64,000 bases of DNA. Origin: Coraliomargarita sp. GTDB taxonomy: Bacteria > Verrucomicrobiota > Verrucomicrobiia > Opitutales > Coraliomargaritaceae. This document shows positions 42,617 through 53,600 of this stretch, piece by piece; position 1 is the first letter of the stretch, and the number at the start of each line of letters is the position of its first letter. The notes beneath the pieces are model-generated. The model did not search any database. It had not been told where the DNA came from and saw nothing but the letters and a program-made list of their open reading frames with translations. The stretch is from assembly GCA_965216325.1 (NCBI GenBank), contig OZ244160.1:2656001-2720000 (forward strand), in the 5' to 3' direction. The position numbers were made by a program, and so were the translations under genes.

Positions 42617-43087
42617 TTAGTCGACAACTTTAGCGGAAATGATCTTTTGTTCGTCGACTGGGCGGTCGCCCGCGCCTTTCTTTACCTTCTCGAGCTTTTC
42701 AACGACGTCCATGCCATTGACGACTTTGCCGAAGATGGTGTGACGCATGTGGAGCCATGGAGTTGGCACGGTGGTGATGAAAAACTGGCTGCCGTTGGTG
42801 CCAGGGCCAGCGTTTGCCATGGCAAGAATGCCGGGCTTGTCGAAGGCTAGGTCGCGTGCGCACTCGTCTTCGAAAGGCTTGCCCCAAATGGACTCACCAC
42901 CCATGCCAGTGCCGGTGGGGTCCCCACCTTGGATCATGAACTCTTCGATGATGCGGTGGAAGATGATGCCGTTGTAGTAGCCGTTCTTGATGTGTGTGGT
43001 GAAGTTTTCGCAGGTCTTCGGTGCGATGTCTTCGAAAAGTGTGAATTCGATGTTACCTTGTGTGGTTTCGAGGATGACGTTGGCCAT
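42617..43087 (-). CDS. Cyclophilin-type peptidyl-prolyl isomerase
   Basis: APKTCENF, FHRII..FMIQGGDP, AMANAGPGTNGSQFFI. Confidence 0.96.
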   Translation of the reverse strand: MANVILETTQGNIEFTLFEDIAPKTCENFTTHIKNGYYNGIIFHRIIEEFMIQGGDPTGTGMGGESIWGKPFEDECARDLAFDKPGILAMANAGPGTNGSQFFITTVPTPWLHMRHTIFGKVVNGMDVVEKLEKVKKGAGDRPVDEQKIISAKVVD

Positions 43088-43233
43088 AGTGTTGTTGTTT
43101 GAACGTGGTTGGTTGAAGTTGAAGCTGCGAAGTGTGAGTTCAGGACTGCCTTGCGTAAAGGGATTTTGTGAAGTGAAAATCGGTTGCAGATTTTTGTCGC
43201 AGCCTGCGAAGGCTGTCTTGCAAAATGCGCTCG

Positions 43234-43788
43234 ATGAAGAACAAGCCACAGTCCGAAAAGCCGAATCTCTACCTAGTGGGTTTCATGGGGGTGGGGAAGT
43301 CTGCGATTGGGCGCAAGGTGGCCAAAGAGCTGGGTTTCCAGTTCATCGATTCAGACCACGAGATTGAGGCGAAGGTTGGTAAGAAGATCCCGCAGATTTT
43401 CGAATCGGAAGGCGAAGCGCGTTTTCGCCAGTATGAGCGCGAGTTTATCGAGTCGGGCCATCCCGCGACGAATTGCGTGATCTCAACGGGGGGCGGCTTG
43501 GTGGTTCAGCCGGGCATGAAGGACCTGCTCAAAGAGAAGGGTGTGGTCATTTGCCTGTTCGCTTCGGTCGAGAGTATTATTGAGCGCACCAGCCGTAATA
43601 GTAATCGCCCGCTGCTGCAGGTGGAGCATCCGGAAGAGCGTATCCGCACGCTATTGGCTGAGCGTGAGCCCATCTACATGGAAGCGGGCGCATGTATCTC
43701 TACTGATGGACGCACCATCCCTGAAGTGGTGCATCACATGATGCGCACTTACAAGAGCTGCGCGAAGAACCCTCGTGGCTGCAAGTAG
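43234..43788 (+). CDS. aroK: Shikimate kinase
   Basis: GFMGVGKS, FIDSD, GEARFR, STGGG, RPLL. Confidence 0.95.
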   Translation: MKNKPQSEKPNLYLVGFMGVGKSAIGRKVAKELGFQFIDSDHEIEAKVGKKIPQIFESEGEARFRQYEREFIESGHPATNCVISTGGGLVVQPGMKDLLKEKGVVICLFASVESIIERTSRNSNRPLLQVEHPEERIRTLLAEREPIYMEAGACISTDGRTIPEVVHHMMRTYKSCAKNPRGCK

Positions 43789-43796
43789 GGGGGGGC

Positions 43797-44204
43797 TTAG
43801 TTCTCGGTCCAAGCTTCGTCGATTTTCTCGAGGAAGTCAGTTGGGGGGCGCAGACCTTTGCCCTCGGAGTCCATGAAACCATGCGTGGTCGAGCCAGTGC
43901 AGAGCACGGTGTCGCCGCGGCGCACTTCATATTCAAATCGGAAGCGTGCACGCGGCTTTTCGCGCATGAATAGGTGCACTTCAAGGCGGTCGTCGAATTG
44001 AGCCGGCTGTTTATACTGTGCGGAGGCATCCAGCACAGGGATGAGGTAGCCTTTTGATTCCATCTCCTTGTAAGGGATGCCGAGTCCGTCGAGCATCAGA
44101 ATCCGTGCGGTCTCAAACCACACGAAGTAGTTACTGTGATAAACCACATCCATGCGATCGGTCTCGGCATAACGCACACGAACATTGGAGACTGTATGAA
44201 TCAT
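43797..44204 (-). CDS. Acyl-CoA thioesterase, YbgC/FadM family
   Basis: VRYAETDRMDVVYHSNYFVWFETAR. Confidence 0.92.
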   Translation of the reverse strand: MIHTVSNVRVRYAETDRMDVVYHSNYFVWFETARILMLDGLGIPYKEMESKGYLIPVLDASAQYKQPAQFDDRLEVHLFMREKPRARFRFEYEVRRGDTVLCTGSTTHGFMDSEGKGLRPPTDFLEKIDEAWTEN

Positions 44205-44308
44205 GGCGGAGAATTGGAGCGCAGCGAGTCGGGCGTGACGAGTGAAAACACGACTTTGAGTGCATTTTCGCTCGTCACCTGTCGAAATGTCCTCTTAAGC
44301 CTGTGCGC

Positions 44309-44599
44309 ATGGTATCCATCCTCTGTGGCATATTCCGCTGGATCTTCGACTGGCTGTATTTCGTCTGCCTGATCTGTTTTACAGGTGCAGTGCTGGGCGC
44401 GCTGTCGCATGTGTTGTGGGGGCTGTTCTTTTACGAGGATCCGGACCATGGCTACATGTTGGCGCTTGGTGTGTTACATGGGCTGAACTATGGTGGCGTC
44501 TGGGCTGGGGGCGCGGCAATCGTGCTCTGTGTAATTCGGGCGCGTAAGGAATATTTGCAAAAGGAGGCCTCGCTGGCAACGCGGGGGGCGAAATCATGA
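44309..44599 (+). CDS. Small membrane protein with two TM helices
   Basis: Two hydrophobic segments; ATGA overlap with the next gene. Confidence 0.65.
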   Translation: MVSILCGIFRWIFDWLYFVCLICFTGAVLGALSHVLWGLFFYEDPDHGYMLALGVLHGLNYGGVWAGGAAIVLCVIRARKEYLQKEASLATRGAKS

Positions 44600-45156
44600 A
44601 AAAATCAGAGCGTATTAGTGTCTACTTCATTGGCTTCTTTCTCGGGATGGTCCTCGTCTCTGTGATTCTCTCTCGCAAAGCGGCTCGTGAGGAAGTCCAT
44701 GTCGATCCATGGCACACGCACAATGAACAGATCGAGGCGGTTGGTGCAGAACGACTTCCGGAGGCAATTCACGCGTCTATGCTCAAGGGCGATGTGCTGC
44801 GCTTTGGTTATCTGCCATCTGAGGAGGCTCCTACAGAGCGTGTCTGGTTGCTAAATTTCCGTAAGAGCTACCCCTACGTGCGGGTGGTGGAAACGATTGA
44901 AACGGGTGAGCTGTCTTACATGGCTGCCGATCAGATTAAGCTTTGGCTAGCGGATGGAGTGGATGTTGTTGATCTGAAACCGATGCTGGATGAGCTGGAA
45001 CTGCGTCTGCGCAATTTTAAGCGCAAGGAAAATTTCGTGGTTGTTGGAGTGCTGAGCACTCAAATAGACGCGGTGCCGGCAACTTTAGAAGCAATTCAGC
45101 CGTGGTCGGAGCTGTTTGAGAAGGCCGAGTCCGATTGGCTCGAATTCAGCGAATAG
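44596..45156 (+). CDS. Hypothetical protein with N-terminal TM helix
   Basis: 186-aa ORF; YFIGFFLGMVLVSVIL. Confidence 0.7.
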   Translation: MKKSERISVYFIGFFLGMVLVSVILSRKAAREEVHVDPWHTHNEQIEAVGAERLPEAIHASMLKGDVLRFGYLPSEEAPTERVWLLNFRKSYPYVRVVETIETGELSYMAADQIKLWLADGVDVVDLKPMLDELELRLRNFKRKENFVVVGVLSTQIDAVPATLEAIQPWSELFEKAESDWLEFSE

Positions 45157-45327
45157 TGCCTGGTTTTTGTCTGTCACGCGCTGCAGAAGCCATTGATTCC
45201 CAGAAAATTGCCGTGGGTGGCAATCTGCAAAACTGGGGCAACATAGGCATTGACCCGAAAAAATCTTTTGCCTTTATTGGCCGACTTTTTCCGCTTTGGG
45301 CATCCGGCCCACCAACTTTCAACTTTT

Positions 45328-46653
45328 ATGAGCACCGTGAAAACTGACGTCAAAGACATCAACGAAACCCGCAAGACTATCACCGTAAGCTTCACCGCAG
45401 ACGAGGTGACTGCACAGGAAGCTAAGCTGGTGAGCGACTACCAGCGTCAGGCGAAAATCCCTGGCTTCCGTCCAGGTAAGGCTCCTGAGAACATGGTCCG
45501 TACTCGCTTCGCGAAGGACATCGCGAACGAGCTCAAGAACCGCGTCGTCTCCAAGGCACACCAAGACGGTGTTGCTGGTTCCGACCTCAACATCTACGGC
45601 ATCGTCGAGCTCGACGAAGGTGAAATCGCAACTGGTTCCGACGCGAACATCACATTCACAGTGGACATCGTTCCTGAGTTCGATGTCCCAGCATACGAAG
45701 GTCTCAAGCTTGTTAACGAGCCAACTGAAGCATCCGACGAAGAAGTCGAGAAGATGCTCAACCAAATCCTTAGCCAACGCGCAGAGTTCAACGTCGCGGA
45801 AAAGGCTGCCGAGAAGGGCGACTACGTCCGCTGTGGCTACGAAGGTAAGATCGGCGACGAGCTTGTTGCTGACATCGTTCCTGAAGCTGCCATGTATGGC
45901 ACTCAGAAGACCACATGGGAAGAAGCGGGTGCTGAAGAGGCTCCTGGCGTTCGCGCAGTCATCGACGGTGTGGTTGGCATGAAGGCTGGCGACGAGAAGG
46001 AAGTCACTATGGAGTTCCCTGAAGACTTCGAGCCTGCTGCGCTTGCAGGTAAGACTGCAACTTACGTGATCAAGGCAGAAGAAGTTCGCGAGAAGGTCTT
46101 GCCAGAAATGGACGAAGAGTTCTTCAAGGCCCTTCAAGTGAAGGATGAAGCAGAGCTTCGCTCCAAGATCTCCGAGAACATCGAGAACCAAAAGAAGCAA
46201 CAAAACTTCCAAGCTGAGCGCGCTCAAATCACGGAGCAGCTGAACGACGCAGTTCAGTTCGAGCTTCCAGAAAGTGGCATCCAAAGCGAAACTGACAGCA
46301 TCCTCCGCGAATTCATGCAGCAAAATATGCAGCGTGGTGCGACTCAGGAAGACTTCGAAAAGCAAAAGGAAGAACTCCACGCTGGCGCATCTGCAGCAGC
46401 ACTCTCCCGCCTGAAGTCACGCTTCATCCTCGGTAAGATTGCTGAGAAGGAGAAGATCAAGGTGGAGAACGAAGACTTCAGCCGTGTAATCATGAACCAA
46501 GCGATGCAATCTGGTCAAAAGCCAGACAAGCTGGTGAAGGAACTCAAGAAGGATCAAAACGCGATCAACCAGATGCGCGTCGACATCCTCCTCGGTAAGA
46601 CTATGGATCTTCTCGTGGAGAAGGCCGAGCGCGAGGTGGTTGAAGCGAAGTAA
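45328..46653 (+). CDS. tig: Trigger factor
   Basis: IPGFRPGKAP, GMKAGDEK..FPEDF..LAGK; precedes clpP and clpX. Confidence 0.97.
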   Translation: MSTVKTDVKDINETRKTITVSFTADEVTAQEAKLVSDYQRQAKIPGFRPGKAPENMVRTRFAKDIANELKNRVVSKAHQDGVAGSDLNIYGIVELDEGEIATGSDANITFTVDIVPEFDVPAYEGLKLVNEPTEASDEEVEKMLNQILSQRAEFNVAEKAAEKGDYVRCGYEGKIGDELVADIVPEAAMYGTQKTTWEEAGAEEAPGVRAVIDGVVGMKAGDEKEVTMEFPEDFEPAALAGKTATYVIKAEEVREKVLPEMDEEFFKALQVKDEAELRSKISENIENQKKQQNFQAERAQITEQLNDAVQFELPESGIQSETDSILREFMQQNMQRGATQEDFEKQKEELHAGASAAALSRLKSRFILGKIAEKEKIKVENEDFSRVIMNQAMQSGQKPDKLVKELKKDQNAINQMRVDILLGKTMDLLVEKAEREVVEAK

Positions 46654-46693
46654 AGTAGAAGCGGTATCTTGCTGCTTTCATGATTTTATTTTC

Positions 46694-46725
46694 GAGGGAC
46701 GTGTGGAAACACGTCCCTCTTTTTT
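46694..46725 (+). terminator. Intrinsic terminator after tig
   Basis: gagggacgtgt-ggaa-acacgtccctc followed by tttttt. Confidence 0.88.
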
Positions 46726-46733
46726 CGGCAAGT

Positions 46734-46805
46734 TGGAGGGCGGACACTCTTGTCCGCCTTGCCTTTGTTTAGCTGCAGCGGGCAGGACAAGAGTGTCCTG
46801 CCTCC
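46734..46805. repeat. GGAG-type REP-like dyad
   Basis: tggagggcggacactcttgtccgcc ... gcaggacaagagtgtcctgcctcc. Confidence 0.85.
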
Positions 46806-46884
46806 TTTTTTCAGCGAAGTAGGAAAAGCATTTGCTTTGCCCGCATTCGCGCCTAGGCTGAGCTTTTTTATACCGATTTATACT

Positions 46885-47485
<601 letters not shown>

Positions 47486-47497
47486 TGCCGCGTTTCA

Positions 47498-47576
47498 GGT
47501 TGCTAGTTGAAGGTTGTTTGTTTCGGCCCGATCTGCTAGTGTCCTACGAACAATAATCAACGTTCAACCAACAACT
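47498..47576. repeat. Inverted-arm tandem heptamer element, (RGTTGNN)n family
   Basis: ggttgct agttgaa ggttgtt ... aacaata atcaacg ttcaacc aacaact. Confidence 0.6.
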
Positions 47577-47590
47577 TTTCAACAGTTCCA

Positions 47591-48976
47591 ATGGCTAAAT
47601 CTACACGTATGACATTTTGCTCCTTCTGCGGTAAAGCGCAGAACGAAGTGCGCAAGATGATTGCCGGTCCTGCCGGCGTTCACATCTGTGATTCCTGTGT
47701 GTCTGTGTGTAAGACCATTATTGATCGCGAGCTCTCCGGAGCGGCGCCTGAAGGCGGCGAGGGCACCAGTGCTGCAGCCGCCACACAGTCTCGTTTCAAT
47801 CTGGTCAAGCCAGCCGACATCAAGGCGCACTTGGATGATCACATTATCAGCCAGGACTACGCAAAGCGTGCGCTGGCAGTTGCGGTCTACAACCACTATA
47901 AGCGTCTTCGTTCCGAAGATCGGATTGAGGCATCGACCGAATTTGCCGAACTCGACCATGAGTTCAAAGACGTGCAGATTGAAAAGAGCAATATCCTGCT
48001 GCTCGGTCCAACCGGTAGCGGTAAGACACTACTTGCGCGCACACTCGCTAAGGTTCTGGGTGTTCCTTTCGCGATTGCGGATGCCACAACATTGACCGAA
48101 GCCGGTTATGTGGGTGAAGACGTTGAAAATATCGTCCTTCGATTGCTGCAAACTGCAGACTACGATGTGAAGAAGGCGGAGTGCGGTATTATCTACGTCG
48201 ACGAAATCGATAAGATCGGCCGTAAGACCGACAACGTTTCGATCACTCGCGATGTTTCCGGTGAAGGTGTGCAGCAAGCACTGCTTAAGATTTTGGAAGG
48301 TACCGTATGTAACGTTCCACCACAGGGTGGACGCAAGCATCCGAATCAGGAATACATTCAATTGGATACTTCCAACATCCTGTTCATCTGTGGTGGTGCT
48401 TTCGTGGGACTCGATAAGATCGTTCAAGGTCGCATGGGCTCGAAGGCTATGGGCTTCGATACCACGCACAATGCGCGCAATAACGAAGTGCCTGTCAGTG
48501 AGTTGCTACGTGAGACTCAGCCGGAGGATTTGGTGCACTTCGGTATGATCCCGGAATTTATTGGCCGCCTGCCAATGGTGGCGGTGTTGGACGAATTGAG
48601 CGAAAGCGATCTCGAACACATCCTGCAAAACACAAAGAACGCGCTGACCAAGCAATACAGCAAGCTGTTCATGATGGATGGTGCGAAGCTGCACTTCACT
48701 CGCGATGCAATCCGTGCAATCGCAGAGAAGGCAATTGCCTTGAAGACCGGTGCGCGTGCGCTACGTTCGATCATGGAGCGCATTATGCTCGAAGTGATGT
48801 ATGACTTGCCGCAGACCGAAAATGTTGAGCAGGTAATTATCAATCGCTCGGTTGTCGAAGGTCGTGGTAAGCCAAAGCTGAAGCTGCTCTCCGAAGCGGC
48901 CATTGAAGCTAAAGAAAAGGCCAAGGCGGCAACCAAGGCAGCAGAGGACTCCGTCGGTCCGGCTGATGCAGCGTAG
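47591..48976 (+). CDS. clpX: Clp protease ATP-binding subunit
   Basis: [30 protein letters not shown]. Confidence 0.98.
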   Translation: MAKSTRMTFCSFCGKAQNEVRKMIAGPAGVHICDSCVSVCKTIIDRELSGAAPEGGEGTSAAAATQSRFNLVKPADIKAHLDDHIISQDYAKRALAVAVYNHYKRLRSEDRIEASTEFAELDHEFKDVQIEKSNILLLGPTGSGKTLLARTLAKVLGVPFAIADATTLTEAGYVGEDVENIVLRLLQTADYDVKKAECGIIYVDEIDKIGRKTDNVSITRDVSGEGVQQALLKILEGTVCNVPPQGGRKHPNQEYIQLDTSNILFICGGAFVGLDKIVQGRMGSKAMGFDTTHNARNNEVPVSELLRETQPEDLVHFGMIPEFIGRLPMVAVLDELSESDLEHILQNTKNALTKQYSKLFMMDGAKLHFTRDAIRAIAEKAIALKTGARALRSIMERIMLEVMYDLPQTENVEQVIINRSVVEGRGKPKLKLLSEAAIEAKEKAKAATKAAEDSVGPADAA

Positions 48977-48979
48977 CGG

Positions 48980-49059
48980 GTAGGGCGCAATATCCTTATC
49001 GCGCCGCCACGGCTGATCGCTTTTGCTCGGAGCGGTTCGTTCGGGATAACGAACCCTAC
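48980..49059. repeat. REP-like dyad
   Basis: gtagggcgcaatatccttatcgcgccg ... acgaaccctac. Confidence 0.8.
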
Positions 49060-49064
49060 CTGCC

Positions 49065-51014
49065 TTACTCAGCAGCCTGTGCATCCAGCAACAGACTCAA
49101 TTGCTCCGCGGCGATTTCCCACTCGTAGTTTTTCTCGTCCAAGCGTTTGGAGATGCGGCCTGCGCGGATATTGAGCTCTTTGGCTTTTTCGGGATCGTTA
49201 TACGTTTCCGGCGCTTCGAGTAATTGGCTGATCTCGGACTGTTCTTCTTCGAGCGAAAGGATTTCCTCTTCGAGTTTGGAGACTTGGTCTTCGATGCCTT
49301 TGCGGGCAGCTTTGTCGGCCTTGCGTTTCTCGGCATCGAGGCGTCGGCGCTCTTTGGCGCTGATTGCATTGCCGACTTTTGCTTTGCCTTCGTCTTCAGG
49401 GCGGGCGTTGTTCAGGCCCGCGATGAGTCCGCTTTGCTCTGAAGCCACACCGGACTTATGCAGATAGTAATCGTAGTCGCCTGCGTAGTGGGTGAGCTCG
49501 CCGGCTGAGATATGAATGGTGGCATCGGCGATCGCACGGATAAAGTGGACATCGTGACTCACGAACATGACCGTGCCGGTGTAGTCCTTCAGTGCGCCGA
49601 TAAGTGCGTCGATACTGGCCATGTCCAAGTGAGTGGTGGGCTCGTCGAGCAGGATGAAGTTGGGCGGAGCTAGTAGGAGTTTGACCAGTGCGAGGCGGCT
49701 TTTCTCTCCGCCGCTGAGCACTTTCACGCGCTTGTGCACATCATCGCCGCGGAACAGGAAGGCGCCGAGTAGATTGCGCACATCTTGGCCATTCACGCCG
49801 GGGCCGACTTTGTCCATCGCTTCGTCGAGCACGCTGCGGTTGAGATCGAGCACATCGACGCGTTGCTGTGAGAAATAGCCCACACTTACGTTGTGCCCAA
49901 GCTCCATGCTGCCGCCTTGAATGAGCACCACGCTGGCAAGGATTTTGAGTAGGGTGGACTTACCAGCACCGTTCGGGCCGACCAATACGATGTTTTGGCC
50001 CTTTTCAACTGTGAGGCTGAGGTCGCTGTAGACGATGTGATCACCGTAGGCTTGCTGAACATGCTCAACAGTCGCCACACGCTGGCCGCTGCGCTCCGGT
50101 TGGGGGAATTTGAAGTGGATTGTGCTTTCGTCGGACTCGGGTGCTTCGATGCGCTCCATCTTCTCGAGCTGCTTCAGTCGTGCTTGAGCCTGAGTCGCCT
50201 TACTGGCTTTCGCGCGGAAGCGTTCGACGAAGGCTTCGAGGTGAGCGATTTCCTTTTGCTGGTTTTCGTAAGCAGCGAGATGCTGTGCCTCGCGCTCGGC
50301 CTTTTGCTTGAGGTAGGCATCGTAGTTGCCGACGTAGCGGTGCAGCTTGCGGTGGCGAATTTCAACGATGTCGTTGCAGATCGAGTTGAGGAATTCGCGG
50401 TCGTGCGAGATTGTCAGAATGGCCCCGGAATAGCGGCAGAGTTGTTGTTGAAACCAGCCGAGCGTTTCCAAATCCAAGTGATTGGTTGGCTCGTCGAGCA
50501 TCAGTAGGTCTGGCTCCATGACGAGCAGGCGTGCGAGGTGGGCACGCATAATCCAGCCACCACTCAAGGTGCGGGCGGGCTTATCGTAGTCTTCGGGGCG
50601 AAAGGCGAGGCCCGCGAGCGTGCGCTTGGCTTTGGCTTCCAGTTGGTAGCCTTCGAGTTCGACGAAGCGCTCGGTGGCGGCCAGACGCTCTTGTGAATTC
50701 GGATCACTGTGCTCACGGAACACTTTGTAGAGTCCGGCAATCTCGTCAGTTATCGAGACCGCGAGCTCGACCACCGTCTCGTCTCCGGCAGGCGCGCTTT
50801 CCTGCGCGAGAAAGCCGACTTTGGTGCCGCGCTCAAATTCGACACTGCCGCCATCCGCTTCGTTATCGTCGCGAATGATGGAAAACAGGGTGGTCTTGCC
50901 TGCTCCATTGGGGCCAACGAGGCCGACCCGTTCGCCTTTATTCAGGCGCAGGGAAATGTCGGTGAAGAGTGTTTTGGGGCCGAAGCCTTTGCTAACTTGT
51001 GTGAGCGTGAGCAT
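49065..51014 (-). CDS. ABC-F family ATP-binding protein
   Basis: Two ABC domains (GPNGAGK twice; LSGGW and LSGGE; LDEPT), no TM segments, C-terminal coiled coil. Confidence 0.95.
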   Translation of the reverse strand: MLTLTQVSKGFGPKTLFTDISLRLNKGERVGLVGPNGAGKTTLFSIIRDDNEADGGSVEFERGTKVGFLAQESAPAGDETVVELAVSITDEIAGLYKVFREHSDPNSQERLAATERFVELEGYQLEAKAKRTLAGLAFRPEDYDKPARTLSGGWIMRAHLARLLVMEPDLLMLDEPTNHLDLETLGWFQQQLCRYSGAILTISHDREFLNSICNDIVEIRHRKLHRYVGNYDAYLKQKAEREAQHLAAYENQQKEIAHLEAFVERFRAKASKATQAQARLKQLEKMERIEAPESDESTIHFKFPQPERSGQRVATVEHVQQAYGDHIVYSDLSLTVEKGQNIVLVGPNGAGKSTLLKILASVVLIQGGSMELGHNVSVGYFSQQRVDVLDLNRSVLDEAMDKVGPGVNGQDVRNLLGAFLFRGDDVHKRVKVLSGGEKSRLALVKLLLAPPNFILLDEPTTHLDMASIDALIGALKDYTGTVMFVSHDVHFIRAIADATIHISAGELTHYAGDYDYYLHKSGVASEQSGLIAGLNNARPEDEGKAKVGNAISAKERRRLDAEKRKADKAARKGIEDQVSKLEEEILSLEEEQSEISQLLEAPETYNDPEKAKELNIRAGRISKRLDEKNYEWEIAAEQLSLLLDAQAAE

Positions 51015-51086
51015 TTGAGGCCGCGCGGAGCGCGGAGTGGAAAGGTATGAAAGTGTGAAGTGGGAAGGCCTAGCCTGCTGAAAGCG

Positions 51087-51166
51087 AATCTTACTCGTAA
51101 TCCTACTCTTAATCTTAATCCCTGTGCGTGAGTGAGATTACGATTAAGAGTAGGATTAGGAGTAAG
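51087..51166. repeat. Inverted-arm tandem hexamer element
   Basis: aatcttactcgtaatcctactcttaatcttaatc ... gattacgattaagagtaggattaggagtaag. Confidence 0.85.
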
Positions 51167-51242
51167 TGGTGAAATCTTGTGAATGAATGTGCACGTAGGT
51201 CTTGCCTGTGTGCCAACTTGTGTCTTGTTTGCGGGTAAACAG

Positions 51243-51839
51243 ATGTCCGAACAAGCACAGAATCCACTCTATTTCCTCACCATCTGGTATCGGCCAGCAA
51301 ATACCGTGCGTGAAGTGATTGCCGCTGGCAAAGGGCACGGTCTGGCGGTGGCGATCGCCGCGATCTTCGGCGTGCTGCAAATCGACAGTGTATATCGAGC
51401 TCTTGAGGCTGAGAGTTTTGGCCCTTTTGCTTTAGCTGGTGCAGTTGGCGGTGTGTTGGTGCTCTACTTCATGGCGCTCTTAATGCGTAATTTTGCTCGT
51501 TGGTTTGGTGGTGGAGCTGATTTAAAGGCGGTGCGCACAGCCTTGGGCTTATCCCTGATGCCGTGGACGCTATTGTGGGGGATTGTATTTGTAGTTGCTC
51601 AACAATCTGGAGGTGATCCGGAGAGCGTGCAGCAGCTCTACCCGATAGTCGCGGGACTCTTTATCTATGGCTATGTCATTATGTTGTTAGCATCGTCTGC
51701 TGCATTGAATCTCTCCGCGTTGCGTGCCTTTGGCTGCTTAGTGCTTTCAGCAGTCGTGGCTTTCTTTATTCTGAATATGTTGGCGATGGTGATCATGGGG
51801 ATGCTTGGTATCGAGCCTCCGGTTGCGCCTGCACCTTGA
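51243..51839 (+). CDS. Yip1-family membrane protein
   Basis: IWYRPANTVR, ARWFGG, five TM segments. Confidence 0.75.
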   Translation: MSEQAQNPLYFLTIWYRPANTVREVIAAGKGHGLAVAIAAIFGVLQIDSVYRALEAESFGPFALAGAVGGVLVLYFMALLMRNFARWFGGGADLKAVRTALGLSLMPWTLLWGIVFVVAQQSGGDPESVQQLYPIVAGLFIYGYVIMLLASSAALNLSALRAFGCLVLSAVVAFFILNMLAMVIMGMLGIEPPVAPAP

Positions 51840-51848
51840 TTGTATTCA

Positions 51849-53510
51849 ATGCTTCAATACATCAAAATTAAGAATCTTGCGCTGCTTACGGAAGTGACCC
51901 TTGAGCTGGATTCCGGTTTTACCGCAGTGACTGGTGAGACGGGGGCGGGTAAGAGTGTCCTACTGGGTGCGTTGAGTTTACTCGCTGGTGCACGCACCGA
52001 TAAGACCATGATTCGTCAGGGCAGCGACGAACTTGAGGTCGAAGCCGCCTTGTATTTCGAAGACTCTACTGCGATCGATGCGGAACTGGAGGCCGCGGGA
52101 TTGCCACTTTGCGAGGATGGTGTGTTCCTGCTGCAGCGTAGTATCCATCGCACTAAAATGCCGAAGGTGCGCATCAATGGGAGCATGGCGACTTTGGCGC
52201 AATTGCAAGGTCTCGGGGAAGCATGGGTGGACTTTCATGGACCAGGTGAACCGCAGAAGCTGTTTCAAGAGCGCCGTCAGCTAGAGATGCTCGACGCTTA
52301 TGCAGGTAATCTTGAAACACTGGAGAGTTACCAAAAGGACTTTGCTGAATGGCGAGTAGCCTTGGCTGAGATTGAATCGCTCGAAACGGGCGATCGTCTG
52401 GATGACGATGAGATCGACTTCGTGCGCAAACAGATCAACAAGATCGATGCCGTCGAGGTCAGCGAAGAGTCCATTGCCGATTTGGAGCGCGATTATAGTC
52501 GGATGTCGCAGGCCCAGGAACTCGTTGGTCTGGCTGCGGAATGTTCCGAAGGTATGGTTGGCGAGCAGGGTGTCAGCCTGCAGTTGAGCGCGCTTGTGGG
52601 GCGCTTGGAGTCGCTTGCTGAATTGGATGCTGATTCCGAATCACTGGTCGAGCGCGCGCGCAGTTTGTTGATCGAGCTCGAAGACCTCGGCGATACCGTG
52701 GGGCGTCTGGCGGGCGATTTTGATTTTGATCCGGAAGCCATTGAAGCAGTTTCCGAACGCATGAATCTTTGGCAGGAACTGCGCCGTAAATACGGTGGCA
52801 GTGTCGAAGCCGTGCTTGCGCGGCGCGAAGAGCTGGCCAACAAGTTGGCCGTACAGGGCGATATTGAGGGCGTGCTTGCCAAGAAACGATCTGCTGCGAA
52901 TGAGTTGGAGAAGTGCTTGCGCAAGACTGCTGCGAACTTGCGCAAGGTACGGGAGAAGACTGCTTCCAAACTCGCAGACAAGGCTGCGGATTTGTTGAAG
53001 GCCCTGGGCTTTAAGAGGGCAGGATTGACGATTGAGATCGTAGGTGAGGCTGAGCTGCGTGAGTATGGTGATTCCCGTTGCCGCTTCCTTTTTTCGCCGA
53101 ATGCAGGACAAGACTTACTGCCGCTGAACAAGATTGCGTCAAGTGGTGAGACCGCTCGTGTGATGCTGGCGTTGAAGACCGTGTTAGCCGAGTCGGATGC
53201 GACCCCGCTGTTAGTCTTCGACGAAGTCGATGCGAATGTGGGCGGCGAAGTGGGCCGTGCGGTCGGCGCTGAACTCGCGCGTTTGTCGGTAAAGCATCAG
53301 GTCTTGTGTGTCACACACTTGCCTCAGGTGGCATCCTTGGCTCAGAACCATTTCCTCGTAACTAAGTCGCAAGACGACTCGAGCACGCAGGTCAACATTG
53401 GTCCGATACACCCGGATCGTGAGCAACGTCTTGGTGAGCTGGCCCGTATGTTGGGCGATCGGAACAGTTCGTCTGCGTTAGCGCACGCTGCCGAACTGTT
53501 GAATGTCTGA
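51849..53510 (+). CDS. recN: DNA repair protein RecN
   Basis: TGETGAGKS, KIASSGE, FDEVDANVGG, VTHLPQVA, ELARML. Confidence 0.95.
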   Translation: MLQYIKIKNLALLTEVTLELDSGFTAVTGETGAGKSVLLGALSLLAGARTDKTMIRQGSDELEVEAALYFEDSTAIDAELEAAGLPLCEDGVFLLQRSIHRTKMPKVRINGSMATLAQLQGLGEAWVDFHGPGEPQKLFQERRQLEMLDAYAGNLETLESYQKDFAEWRVALAEIESLETGDRLDDDEIDFVRKQINKIDAVEVSEESIADLERDYSRMSQAQELVGLAAECSEGMVGEQGVSLQLSALVGRLESLAELDADSESLVERARSLLIELEDLGDTVGRLAGDFDFDPEAIEAVSERMNLWQELRRKYGGSVEAVLARREELANKLAVQGDIEGVLAKKRSAANELEKCLRKTAANLRKVREKTASKLADKAADLLKALGFKRAGLTIEIVGEAELREYGDSRCRFLFSPNAGQDLLPLNKIASSGETARVMLALKTVLAESDATPLLVFDEVDANVGGEVGRAVGAELARLSVKHQVLCVTHLPQVASLAQNHFLVTKSQDDSSTQVNIGPIHPDREQRLGELARMLGDRNSSSALAHAAELLNV

Positions 53511-53520
53511 TGATTGCTTA

Positions 53521-53595
53521 GTCGGGGCGTTGCTTGCGACGCCCGCAGTGGAAAAGCCATTCATGTGGGGCGGGCTCCGCAAGCGAAGCCCCTAC
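53521..53595. repeat. REP-like dyad
   Basis: gtcggggcgttgcttgcgacgcccgc ... caagcgaagcccctac. Confidence 0.8.
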
Positions 53596-53600
53596 GATTC

